The notes under the pieces: model-generated
What the model was told of the DNA's origin: nothing
The model's input: only the letters and a program-made list of their open reading frames with translations
The model's database searches: none
Source: Tubiluchus corallicola
Taxonomy: Eukaryota > Animalia > Priapulida
Assembly: GCA_030141605.1 (NCBI GenBank)
Contig: JAQGDQ010002380.1
Span: 186,001-250,000, forward strand
DNA: 64,000 bases
Reading direction: 5' to 3'
Shown here: positions 14,080 through 26,819 of the stretch, in pieces
How positions within the stretch are numbered: position 1 is the first letter of the stretch
Layout: each line of letters opens with the position of its first letter
Made by a program: the position numbers and the translations under genes

Positions 14080-14250
14080 GGCCAAAGATAAGAGTCGTTT
14101 CTCTCAGGTAATGCTGTAACGCTTCTCCACTTGATGTCGAGCTTACGCAGCAGTTCATCAAAACTATTTGAACTCATCCGATAATAACTAAATTACTCGG
14201 ATGAAGCCAGTAAAAGTGGTCATAGAGCTTATAAAATCGCCCTTTCACTA
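14080..14250 (-). pseudogene. PIF/Harbinger transposase N-terminal relic
   Basis: Broken frames read KGRFYKLY... and FSYYRMSSNSFDELLRKL, matching the Harbinger GxFxxLY...FxxYxRMSxxSFDELL motif. Repeated TTGCGCAA motifs at 14286-14628 may be subterminal repeats. Confidence 0.6.
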
Positions 14251-14752
14251 ATCGCTGACTACCTCTTCAATCTTCATAGCGCCAGTTGCGCAATTTAAAA
14301 TTGCTTGTCTGGGGGTGCGATTTTGGTGCACGAGTAAAATTGCTACAATTTTCGGCTGCACAACTTTTAATTGCGCAACTGAAAATTGCACATCTACGCG
14401 GGGACTAATAAGCTTGAAATTTAGTTCAACACGTTTGTTCTTCTCGTTATACAAACGAGAAGTGAGGATCCCGCTGCTAAATGAACTGCCCCAGGCCTGC
14501 CCAAGCTCATATAAAGTAATTGATGAAGAATTTGTTAAATGGCGCACAAAACGGTATAAAAGTAAAAATAGTGCGCGCACATCAATTCATGGTTAATTAA
14601 GCGCATAATTTTACAAGTTTTGCGCAATTATAAGGCAAGATTTTGCCAATTTTAATGTAGCAAATGAAACGACATCGCAATAAACGTACCCAAGATTTTA
14701 TACATTTCGTAATTAGAAATAGCAAATGAGTAGTACAAAGAAGCGCCTTTTT

Positions 14753-15596
14753 TATTGTTGTTGTTGCTGCTGCTGCTACTACTGTTGCTGTTGTTGCTGT
14801 TGTTGTTGTTGCTGTTACTGCTGTTGCTGCTGTTGTTGTTGTTGCTGTTGTTGTTGTTGTTGTTGCTGTTGCTGTTGCTGCTGCTCTTGTTGTTTTTGTT
14901 GTTGCTGCTGTTGTTGTTGTTGTTGCTGTTGCTGCTGCTGTAGTTGCTGCTACTGCCGTTGCCGCTATTGCTGTTGCTATTCCTGTAGCTGTTGTTGTTG
15001 TTTTTGTTGTTGCTGTTGTTGTTGTCGTTGTCGTTGTCATTGTCATTTTCGTCATTGCCGTTGTTGTTGTTGTCACTGCTGCTGTTGCCATTGCCGCTAT
15101 TGCTGTAGCTGTTGTTGTTGTTTTTGTTGTTGCTGTTGTTGTTGTCGTTGTTGTTGTTGTTTTTGTTGTTGCTGTTGTTGTTGTCGTTGTTGTTGTGATT
15201 GTCATTGTCGCCATTGCCGTTGTTGTTGTTGTCACTGCTGCTGCTGCCGTTGCCGCTATTGCTGTTGCTATTCCTGTAGCTGTTGTTGTTGTCGTTGTTG
15301 TTGTTATCACTGTCGCTGTCACTGTTGTTGTTGTTGTTGCTGCTGCTGTTGTTGTTGTCGTTGTTGTTGTGGTTGTTGCTGCTGGTGTTGTCATTGCCGC
15401 TATTGCTGTTGCTGTTCCTGTAGCTGTTGTTGTTGTCGTTGTCGTTGTCGCTGTCGCTGTTGCTGTTATTGTTGTTGTTGTTGTTGTTGTCATCGTAGTT
15501 GTTGCTGCTGCACATGCAGTTACCGCTATTGCTGTTCCTGTTCCTGTAGCTGTTGTTGTTTTTGTTGTTGTCGCTGTCACTGTCGGTGTCGCTGTA
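14753..15596. repeat. Long cryptic (GTT/GCT)n array with higher-order structure
   Basis: About 840 bp in one triplet register, with a recurring ccgctattgctgt...ctgtagctgttgttgtt marker. Confidence 0.95.
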
Positions 15597-15876
15597 CACG
15601 TTTAGTAGTTTTATTACCAGGTGTGGCAATAATGTGTATTTCTAGGACTGACTCTAATAAGAAAGCTGCCGGCGATAAGTTCACGCCATGCTTAAAAGTA
15701 ATTATTGAGAATTAGCGACGTTATTTAATTCTTAACTCTCAGTGGATGTTAAAGGTACTGAAATGTTATCCTACAGAGCAAAAAGTAGATCTCGATGCGG
15801 TAATTTTCAAATCTCAGTCAGTAGAAGAAGCTCTTAACTTGAAAGAATTAACATTCTGTATATCGCGTATAATGTC

Positions 15877-15916
15877 GATAACGATAACGATAACGATTAC
15901 CACAACCATAACCATA

Positions 15917-15951
<35 letters not shown>

Positions 15952-16110
15952 AACGATAACGATAACGATAACAATAACAATAACAATAACAATAACAATC
16001 AAAATAGCAATAGCAATAGCAATAACGATAACGATAACAATAACGATAACGATACCAATACCGATAACGATAACGATAACAATAACGATAACTAACGATA
16101 ATGACAATAA
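15877..16110. repeat. (ACGATA/ACAATA)n hexamer array
   Basis: Direct reading. Confidence 0.92.
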
Positions 16111-16659
16111 AAAATAATAATATGCCAAACAAATACGTACGAGAGAAAGAATCTCTATCTGCATCCAATGAGCATTTCGCATTTACCCATATTTCTTTTG
16201 GCAGCACTTAACAACGCGCCATTAGGCTCTAAAATCGAATACAGTCTTTGTATGAATAAGGATTTCTTTTTTCACTTGATTGAAAAAAACATCGTAAATT
16301 TAGTTGTCTTAATAATTGCCACTGTAACAGTAACATAGTGAAAAGGCCATATATGACAGGGGTGGTGCCAAGAGCCAGAGTTGAAGACACCGGGGAAACC
16401 AAGCGAAGTGCAAGAAATATGATTTTGAGAATCTCTGTCTTAGTATAGTGATGCAGTGAATCGGCAGGCTATTTATGTTAAAGGACAAGAAAAGGGGTAC
16501 CTCCCGTTGAAAGGATTTTTTGTTTGTTTCATTTCAAATACTCCCCCCCCCCCCCCCCCGACACTGTACCGATCGCGTCCTCATTACCTGATGTCATATA
16601 TGCACAACGTAAATCAGGGGAAGAAAAGTACATGTTAGACTATGTCCCAAAAAACTTTC

Positions 16660-17095
16660 TATGCAAAGCTATGTTACTTAGCATTTCGCTTACCTGCTTA
16701 AATGACTTACGTAACTAGAATAGAAAATATTTAATTATTTAAAATGTTTTCACCAATAGGTAAAATGTCGCTGTCTCACCCTCCAGGGTGCACCACTCAC
16801 TAACCAAAAAACATATTTTTAATCTTATTGACAAGATACAGTAAATTAAAATTTTACTTACTTAGTGACGTGTGCGCTACGAATGCTCAGATTATATTTC
16901 CAAATTTTACTCAGTGTTATCTAAACTTGCCTCAAATGACTTATCGTCAAAATGGCTGCTGCTAACTGTCATCGTGGGAGTTTCAATTTACATGTTTTAT
17001 ACAGCGTTAAGGCCGACGCAAACTCTGCATGCAAAAAGACAGTGCGTAAGTGGTATAAATTTTGAAAACGAATTTTTTAAGCTTTATGTAAGTGG
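16660..17095 (+). repeat. Unclassified interspersed repeat, copy 1
   Basis: Colinear with 22250-22670 (gtgcaccact, ctacgaatgctc, gtcaaaatggctgct, aaaacgaatttttt). Confidence 0.7.
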
Positions 17096-18244
17096 ACGGT
17101 ATTGTGGAGGGCACAAGGGTATCCCTTTTTTAGTTTGAGGAAGCTCAAATTTGGCCACCTACTTTGTCACACATGCAAGTTAATATAGAAACTTGTGACA
17201 ATTTTCAAAAAAAATATCAATCTGTACTAAATAGTTATGCACTAATATATATTAAGGTTCATTAATGCTGTAATTGTAGCTTATATACAGCTAGATTGAA
17301 ATTCTAAAATTATATACGGTGTGTGATGAGTATCCCAGTACAATGAGTGGATGGTTGATGAAATGGCTCTTTATGGAGGTTTATATTGTTCTCTTCTCTA
17401 ACAGCTGGTAACATTTAGCAATGATACAAATGAGAACATTTGTAAGAACGATACGCTCGTATATAAAATTATTATTTTAAAGAAAATTTTCCGTTTTAGA
17501 TCAGCTGGCTGCATATCGTTCTAAGCAAGTGACTTGTGCTTTAAAATTATTGCTGACTTCGGGAAAAGTCACCAACAAAACACTACAAAATGTCACAGAT
17601 TATCTGTGCAATGCACTAAGTCACAACATTTTAGCTCTGCTTTTGCGCATATGACAACACAGATATCTGCTCACACATACACGCGCTGTCAAGGTGTGTT
17701 TGTTTATCGAGCAATTGTTATAGCAAATAATTTAGACACTACATTATTTAGCGTCCATTAACGTTTGGGCTGCAGTACATAACAGGCCTACGCGTGAATA
17801 AGAAAAAACATTTTCCATAATGTAGTGTTAGCTTTCTTGTACTAAAGTTCTGCATAATATGGTTCAGCAAAAATAATCAGGTAGCTTAAAATATTAAGAA
17901 AAAATTGTAGTCCATCCAATAGATGCGTTACATAATGTTATTTCACGATTTTATAAATATCAATTTTATGGTCAATTTTAGTTGGTTACAATACGTAATA
18001 AACTATCCATCTTTGTAATAAAGGATTAATTCGACGTTATCGCTTTGTTCTACATACAAAAGTGACAAATAAATTACTTCAGTTTCTCAAGAATCTATAA
18101 TTACAATTAAAGACTCGCTAATATCCAGTGAGACGAATAACGAAATTTAAACACAGAAAAAAAAACCAAGATTATTCACAGTTGATTACAAATGTACAAA
18201 CGTATTAAACATATGATAGAGCGTTCACTGCTTCGTTCTTTTAA

Positions 18245-18650
18245 AGGCAAAAAGGATGATTTTTCATATCCTCCCCAATTTTGAAGTTCGGGAAAAAGAT
18301 ACATTTTAACGCTTATAATCACGCCAAGGCGTTTCTGATAATGAAATAATAAGCTAAAAACGTAATTAACGGCTGGTGAGCCCAAATAATAATGACATCC
18401 ACAAGCGTACTGCACGTATTCGTAAAAAAAAATTGAAGTACACTGCTACTGTACAATAATCAATGTGATTTAAGTTTAAAATTCAAATTTCAAGTTTACA
18501 TCTGTTCTCATGCATGAGCTTTCGCATGTGTGCACTATGTCACAACTGAACAACTCTGGACTGAAAGGGACAGCACCTGTTTTTTTTCTGCAACACGTTT
18601 TCGAGATGCAGGCGCTGGTGCCCGTCTAACTAGAGACAGGTAAAATTTAG
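18245..18650 (+). mobile_element. Kolobok-like MITE, 3'-truncated copy
   Basis: Starts TTAA|AGGCAAAAAGGATGATTTTTCATAT and contains ttaacggc, aaattgaagtacactgctactgta, cagcacctgttttt and gatgcaggcgctggtgcccgtc, as in the full copies. Confidence 0.7.
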
Positions 18651-18743
18651 GTAGTAAAGAACTAGTCACAGGCTGCTCAGTGGTGATAGTGGTGATACAA
18701 TATCAAAATTGAGTTAATTAATTCCACTACGAAGTATACTCAC

Positions 18744-19150
18744 TTTGCATCTAGCGATAAAGCTTAATCAAGACGCAAAAAGCTTCTCAAAATGTGGAAA
18801 AAAGCGTCAATTATTTGACAGTTCATCTCATTTCGAGCAACTTGACTTTACGACAAACATTTTTCGATTTTCGACTTTCGAGAACAAATAACAAATCACT
18901 TCTAGCCGCACTTCACAGCGATAAACCCTAAAAACCGGTGTTAAAACGCCGAGATGTCGGCGGTCTATACTTTACACGTCGGCGCGATGAAACCTGTCAA
19001 TTTTTGCGTCGTTACGTCCTTTGCGCTCAGAGAGCAAAACGAAACTCACGTGGTAGCAGTTAAGTTCGAGATTGGCTTCATATAACCTTACCATTAGAGC
19101 AGTTCCTCGTGTGTTGCGTGTTAATTACTGCGAAGTATGCAGGGGTGGCA
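18744..19150 (-). promoter_or_regulatory. Candidate non-coding first exon/promoter of the GPCR
   Basis: Minus-strand donor GTGAGT at 18743-18738, next to a non-repetitive stretch that is visibly rich in CpG. No transcript evidence. Confidence 0.25.
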
Positions 19151-19770
19151 AACAGTGCGCGCAATCTCTGCAGTAACAGTAACTGTGTAACTCGGGGCAA
19201 TCAAAGGTCAAGCTAATCTCAAAATTATGTTTTTTTAGATTCTACACGCATTCTTTGTCGGCTTGCTTCATTAATAACCTTGATTTTAGCGCTCACTTTA
19301 ATACTCCTTGTTTAACATCGCTGTAAATAAGGTTACACGCACAAATTAGAAAAGCTAATTACAGAATGCGTAACATGTAATATTGTAGAATTCACTCTAG
19401 TATCTATGTAAAATTTTTTAATAGTTGTACAGAAATTTTTGCCTGCAAAAAAGGCTAATAAAGACTTATCATCATCATCATTTTGTCGGACTGCCATTAA
19501 TATGCCAGCCAAATTGCCAATGTATAGTAGGGCTAGGTTAGTTCTGCTAGTAGTGTAAACTCTTAAAGAGGTTTAGAAACGTTTTAGTCGGCCAAAAACA
19601 AAAATCCTTTTTTCAGGCTGGTGACAGTCTATTATCGAGATATGCTGGCAATATAAATTCTTACATAAAAGGGTTTGAACTGGCAATAGCCAAATGTCCT
19701 TTTTAAGCAGTTGAGTTAATTACTATGATTAGCAGCATAAAGCTGCCACAAAGAACGTCAGGACGTTGAG

Positions 19771-19792
19771 ACATTCAGACAGACAGACATTC

Positions 19793-19837
<45 letters not shown>

Positions 19838-19866
19838 AACAGACAGACAGACAGACAAACAGACAG
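19771..19866. repeat. (GACA)n microsatellite
   Basis: Direct reading. Confidence 0.92.
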
Positions 19867-20279
19867 AATATAAACACAGAATGAGTTGACATAAATATAA
19901 TGCACGGATAGGAGGACGCAAAACATATTTTACATAAATATTAGATCTGTCAAAAAAGCTCAGTTTAATGCAAGAGTTGTTAGGTCAGCCGCCCTGATGC
20001 GCGCGATGAAAAAAAATCGCATATGCATGAGAAGAAAAAGGGAGCAAAGAAGTCATTGGTCGTTTGCCACATACGTTAGACATTACATGCAGTTTTGTTG
20101 AGTTTGGCTTTTCAGCTGGCGGTGAATTACTATTGTCCATTGTGCACACTTAGCGTGACCTTCCTAGCAAATTGAAAGTTGATATTGCAATACAAAAGCC
20201 GTAACGTAATCTTGTACTACAGGTTATCTTCTTTGCACAGACTGAATAGGAAGCTACAACGTACAAGTTGCAGGCTTAA

Positions 20280-20856
20280 AGGGAAACAGGATGATTTTTC
20301 ATATACTACCCCATTTTCAAGTACGGCAAGTAGTATACTTTTTAACAGGTGCAAAAGCATTTCTGATAAATAATATATTAAAATCTTAATTAACGGCGGG
20401 CGAGCCTAACAAGTGATGACATCAACATCTAACATAATTTTTAACATCAAAAACATTCGCTGAGCGCATGCTTCCGAAAGCGAAAATTGAAGTACAGTGC
20501 TACTGTAAGAGATTCAGTGTGTTGTAGTAAAACTCGGCAAGTTTTAAGATAAAAATTCAAATTTCAAATTTACCGCTGTACACACGCAAGAGCTGTCGAA
20601 CGTGTAGATTTCGTCACAAATTAGCACATCCGAACTGAGAGGCACAGCACCTGTTTTTTCTGCAACTCTTTCCGAAATGCAGGCGCTAGTGCCCGTCCAA
20701 CTAGCGAATGGCGAAATGTATGTAACAGCGAAAAGCTGGTGGCGCCAACGCGAAATTGTGTTTGTGTGGTAATAATTCTTTCGCGTAAGTCATTTTTGAA
20801 AAAAAATAGTATGTTATTGTTTTGACTTACAGTTTAACATTGGGTCCGGTTTTGCT
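20280..20856 (+). mobile_element. Kolobok-like (TTAA-targeting) MITE, full-length copy
   Basis: TTAA|AGGGAAACAGGATG ... GGGTCCGGTTTTGCT|TTAA. Colinear with the copies at 31271, 61728, 18245 and 34800. Confidence 0.8.
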
Positions 20857-21721
20857 TTAAAAGGAGCTTAACAATGTAAAGCCCTTAGAGCGGTGGTCAA
20901 AACCTGATGGTCCAGCGTTGACCTAGCTCACAGTGCTGATCAAGGTTTTTTAACTTGTGTTAAGCCAATTAACATTTTGTTAGTAGATTCTCGCCCCTTG
21001 ATGTTTTAATCTGGCCTTGACTTAGTCTGATATTTGGACTTGAACTGGGTTAGGTATAGGTGGGTGCCAGTAATATTTCAATTAACTTTAGTTTCAGCTA
21101 TGTCGTTGCTGACAAGTCTTCTTGAATAATAACGTTGATCCCCTGATAAAAGAGAGGTCTGCTACATTTCACGTACACGAAGCCTCTGCAGAGTTGGCCA
21201 CTTTCCAAATGGCGCTCCAGCACTCAGCGACAGGTCCTACTATATGTACATGTTTGTGGCGAGACCGGTGCATAGCTCGTTATCAAAGATTAAATATTAG
21301 TTAGATTATTGAGTGAGATTATTAGTGACCACACAGCTAATAATCACACCCTCTACACCAGCTTTACTTATCTAGCTGCTTTTAAACACGTTAAGTGATG
21401 TTTTTCAAAGTTTATCCTCACAAAATCGTCTGACATGATGATGTAAAATGTTATGACATGCTGTAAGTTAAGTTATACTTTTAAGGCCACGTATCCACTA
21501 AAAGTACAAACAGACACGCACAGAAACAAATTTTTTCCTTCTGACATTTTCTGCTGCAAAAACTGCATCAGCTAAGCACGCGCGCAACGCAAGAAAGCTT
21601 GAAAATAAATCTGATATGTGGCTGAAATACTGTTAGAACAAAATATAATTTTTTTACTCTAAAAAACTTTTAATGTTGTGGTAAGAAAGGGTTCAAACAA
21701 TCTTTGAAAAAAGAGCAAAAT

Positions 21722-22058
21722 AAGTAAACATTATAAGTTGTACAAGACGAAAACAAAACTAATATATTCGTTAGTCAAAGTAAACATTATAAGTTGTACA
21801 AGACGAAGAGAAAACTAATATATTCATTAGTCAAAGTAAACATTATAAGTTGTACAAGACAAAGAGAAAACTAATATATTCATTAGTCAAAGTAAACATT
21901 ATAAGTTGTACAAGGCAAAGAGAAAACTAATATATTCATTAGTCAAAGTAAACATTATAAGTTGTACAAGGCAAAGAGAAAACTAATATATTCATTAGTC
22001 AAAGTAAACATTATAAGTTGTACAAGACAAAGAGAAAACTAATATATTCATTAGTCAA
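21722..22058. repeat. Minisatellite, 6 x 56 bp
   Basis: Unit aagtaaacattataagttgtacaagacaaagagaaaactaatatattcattagtca; units start at 21722, 21778, 21834 and so on. Confidence 0.95.
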
Positions 22059-22249
22059 CGCCTAGTTTAGAGAAACCATTTGTTACTGCATTAAAGTATT
22101 TTAAATTTATACAATAAACTTGTTATGGAGCCTTACAGCTGTTAGGTATTTGGACTAGTTGCTTATTATTTGAAATTTTCGTTTTTCATGTACATGTTAA
22201 GTGTGTAGAATATTAAAAAGAATAATCTACGTAATACTTTACACACAAA

Positions 22250-22670
22250 GCTATGTTGTTTATCGTAACCTGCTTGAGAGACTTACGTAAGTAGAAACGA
22301 AAATTCTTACTGTAATTTAAAATGCTCGCGCCAACTGGTTAAATGTCACTGACTCACCTTCCCAATGTGCACCACTGACTCACAAAAAACGTATTTTTAG
22401 TCTTAGTGTGAAGATACAACAATTTATCTTTTTGCTTAATGGTGAAGTGTGCTCTACGAATGCTCTGACTATTTTTCAAATTCTACGCAATGTTATATAA
22501 ACTTGTTTCAAACGACTTACTGTCAAAATGGCTGCTCTTAACGGTCTCATTGCGGAAGGTTAAATTTACAAGTTTTGCACAGCATTGCTTCTAATACAAG
22601 CTGTATGAGTTATAAGGCAATACGTAGGTGATACAAAATTTCAAAACGAATTTTTTTCACCTTTATAAAT
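22250..22670 (+). repeat. Unclassified interspersed repeat, copy 2
   Basis: Diverged direct copy of 16660-17095. Confidence 0.7.
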
Positions 22671-22849
22671 GTAATGGTTTTTCTTGTGTTTTAAATGCAC
22701 GTTATGCATAAAAGTAAATGAATGGATTTAGGCCGTAACTTTACGTACCGAGCTACATGTATAGGTTTTTCCTGTAGAAGGCATGCTGGTGTGACACTTT
22801 TCTTCTGGTTAAAGCCGGACATAAATATTCAATTACCTATTTATTTTAA

Positions 22850-23315
22850 TGTCATCTCATCTCATCTCACCTCATCTCATCTCATCGCATCTTCTCTCCT
22901 CTCCTCTCATTGCATTTCGTCTCACCTCACCTCACCTCAACTCAACTCACCTCATCTCATCTCAATTTACCTCACTTCATCTCATTTCATCTCATCTGAT
23001 CTCAACTGATCTCATTTCACCTCACCTCATTTCATCTCATCTCATTCCATCTCAACTGATCTCATTTCACCTCACCTCATTTCATCTCATCTCATTCCAT
23101 CTCAACTGATCTCATTTCACCTCACCTCACCTCATCTCATTTTATCTCATCTCACCTCATCTCAACTCATTTCACTTCACCTCACTTCACCTCACTTCAT
23201 CTCATCTCATCTCATCTCATTTCACCTCACCTCACCTCACCTCATCTCATCTCATCTCATCTCATCTCATTTCGTCCCACCTCACCTCACCTCATCTCAT
23301 CTTGTCTTACCTCAA
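22850..23315. repeat. (CTCAT/CTCAC)n pentamer array
   Basis: Direct reading; includes near-identical 50-bp blocks at about 23000-23120. Confidence 0.95.
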
Positions 23316-26300
23316 TAGATTTTTTGTACAACGTGTCATAATACATACACACATTAAGCAATATAAATTTATATATATAAGCAGAATTAATCAACAAAGA
23401 AATATTTTAAAACTTGCTGTTTTGAATTAAATTGGCTCAGAGTCATTATTGCACTGCGTGGTCTCTGTAAGGAATTAGAGGGGTTTCTGCGGTTCCGTGG
23501 ATATGCGCATTCATACATATGCAAATTTTGTGATGAAAACTGAGAGTCTTTGCGGACTATTGCGAGCGCAGTGGATACGCACCCTAAGTTATGCTGATAT
23601 TATCCTTGAATTATTGGGCCGCATTAAACAGGAAGGCTTGTCCACATCACGACATGATTGATCAAGATTATTGACCAAGATTATCATTTTCACAACACTG
23701 AAATTACACGGAGCGTGAAACCCTTTGAAATCGAGCAACAATACAGCTCCTATCACGCACGGTAATAATTAAAGTGGGAGAGAAGAAATTGGATGAAACA
23801 TCTCAAACTTCCATCAAGAAAAGTTGAGCATTTCGTCCTTGAGTCTTGTCAGGTGGTTATTAATCTTCCTGAGCTGATCTCAGTCACAAAAGTGCAATGA
23901 CAAAATATAGCAATCATTCTGCAAGCGACACCCACACAGTGGTGGATTTAGGACAGGGCCACTGGGGTTGCTGCTCCGGGGCTTCCACGTAAGAGGGTCC
24001 TCCATAATGTGCATATAATCAAGTTCATTTACTACACATTGTTGACTTTAATTAACTAAATTTATGATAAAACAATAATAACAATCATGACTGACTGACT
24101 AGCTGGCTGGCTGGCTGACTGTCTGACTGACAGACTAACTGACTGACTGACTCATTGACTCACTCACTCACTGATTTGATTTAACTATTTATTTCGAACT
24201 GACTGACTGACGGACTGCCTGCCTGCCTGACTTACTGATTGACTAACTAACTAAATGAATGAATGAATGACTTTTTGGATATTTACACATTTTACTTACT
24301 TTCTTAGACTTAAGTTAATCAGCCATTAGCGATATGTCATCAAAGGATTCAAAATTGCTAAAAAATACAATAAAGAGGCGTTTGGCGGACTGTGCTATGA
24401 GAGCTTACATCACTCACCCAGATGCTCTATAACCGGTTGCTCTGGGACGCCTACATTTCTTAATTCAATCTGTGCTCACGAGACGCTAACCAACACCTTA
24501 CAGAGACAATTTGGGATACCTATTTTTGCATAACGCCGTGACTGACCTAATGTACAAACTATCGATAATTTGCAGCCATTTTAAACATTAAGGTGCGTCT
24601 TAAATACGATAAATAATTCAAAGATGCATTCATCTTAAACCGCCACCTCCAAATAGTGCACATATTAGAATTAGAATTTCGTGAAGATACAATTGCACTT
24701 ACTTCTGCTTCCATACACTGCGTGGTCATCTAGAATCTCATTGACTTAACACGATGGGTAGATGATAAAAGATATATGTTCGTCCACAAATGCACGTTCT
24801 TTACATTTAGCACATGGCTTCATCAGCATTCTTAACTTCTACTTCAACTAGGTAGCGAAAATGCGATTGGTTGACATTATTAAAGGAATCATGATAGTGA
24901 GGTAACTTTTTATTTGCATGTCTATTAAACTTCGTTCATTAGAAAAACAAATAACCGTTCACAAATACAAATATTATCGATGTATAAACGTTATTTGTAC
25001 ACAGTCCATCTTGGCGCGAGTGAATCATGAGAGTACGCTGCACAAAATTACTTGCCTCTGTCGTGGGATAAACTTGTTTCAAAATTGAAGCCAAGTCAAG
25101 CTTAACCGGCTTATCACTTGCACTGCCTATTGGTCGCCACTAGTTAAAGTTGAGTAAACAAACACAAGTTTATAATGTCAGCTAAAACTTTCAGTATGGA
25201 GGAAGTTTTTATTCAACAAAAAAACGATTAGCATGTAACAGAAATTATTTAGGACAAGTGTACAGCTGAAAATGTATGTATTATGCGAACATCGGATAAT
25301 TCGTACAAGCGCATCGTTCGTATTAACCGAAGTTATGCTTGTGCCGCCATAGTCTTTAATTACAGCTTGCATTTCGTGCAGATTTGCTTTTTTGGATACT
25401 GCATGTTGTTTCTGATGTGTCATCACGATTGTTTATCATATTACAAAAGTTGCTAAACAAGCGCCACCTTGCTGTAACCTTGGGTGTTACGTAAACTTAG
25501 CACATAGAAAATTCAGCGCACAAAGGGTTAGAATGACAATGGATGTTAAAACGACACCCAATTAGCGTGACACTTGAGACCCAAAACTCAATTACCTGCA
25601 GACTAAGTTCAAGTGACAACTCTCAATTAACAGAGGATGTTTTTAACTTAGAAACGTTTTTTAAAGCTTTTGTTCTGAAATATCTAACACTCTGAGGAGA
25701 TTTTGTCAGACAATAATATCAGTAATTCGATGAACAGATAATAAATTTACACTACTGGATGTTGTCTTAATTTACTTTGGCAAAATTTGGCTGTGCACCA
25801 CAGAGTCCTGTGACAGTGGAAGCTATTACAGCGGTCTCCTCCAGAAAGGAGAGGAGCGTCATTTCCAGTGAGGGACTTCTCTTATACGAGCATCATAAAG
25901 AACATCATTAAAGAAAGCAAGCTGTGCTTCAATAAAAACAAACTTTATTAAGAAGACTTGGTCAGAAGTTAGATGCTCAGGTTCGCTTATTTTCGTTTTC
26001 TACTCCCGCCCTAGAATCTCTCTTGAATAAGTCCATTTATTTACAGCTGTGCTGCAAGACTTACCAGCTGAAAAATCAGAAATCACCAAGACAACATGGT
26101 GATTGTGGAAAGTGCTATTTTTGGTGAGATGCGCTCCATGCATGGAGGTTAGTGAGACATAGGATGTTTGTAAGAATTAAAAGCGTCTGTAGAACATGTG
26201 TTTATCAGTAAGAGATTGCCACTTCATTTTCTGTATACATAATAACACCAAAATTATGTGTTTATTTATATTTACGTAATACAAATTACAGTGATAAAAT

Positions 26301-26819
26301 AATTTCTCAGTTACTAAAGTAAATTATGCATGCAAACTACAGACGATATTACGATAAATAAAAAGTTAAAACTGGCTGAAATATATGGTGAAATGTGCCA
26401 ATATCGTACACGTCGGACAATTCGTTTTAGGCTTTTACAGAATATAACAAGATAGTATAGACACTCTTTTTCCTTCCTTCCTTTTCCACCCTTTCATTAG
26501 TAAAAGAGAAGAAAAACAGAGTTTATTCCACTTTGTTATTTTTGGTACAACCTTGAAGCTCACTGTTCGATATTAGCCCAATATTTTACCCAATATAATT
26601 TTATAAAGCATTAAAACGATTCTGCATTAAATTACGGTAAGATTAAACAAAGAATAAAAAGAAAATGTGTCTCAAATGTGAGCCCTTTCTTTAGGCCGTC
26701 CCTAGCAGAAGTGAATGCTTGACTGAGATTCATTTATTTACACTCTATGAATGAATGTCTTTGTGCACGAGTTACAGGAAGCTGTAACTCGTTAAAACGT
26801 AAAACGTTAAAAATGAAAA

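Noticed and set aside
14597-16207. Long poly-Cys, Asn, Thr and Ile-Thr ORFs as genes
   Set aside because: They are simple-repeat artefacts that are open on both strands, with no signal peptide or convincing splice context.
16357-16600. Additional hAT-like MITEs starting CAGGGGTGG (16357) and CAGTGGTGG (23937)
   Set aside because: One terminus is suggestive in each case, but I could not establish a matching TIR and TSD.
21722-22058. CRISPR array
   Set aside because: The units are contiguous with no unique spacers, the context is eukaryotic, and there are no cas genes.
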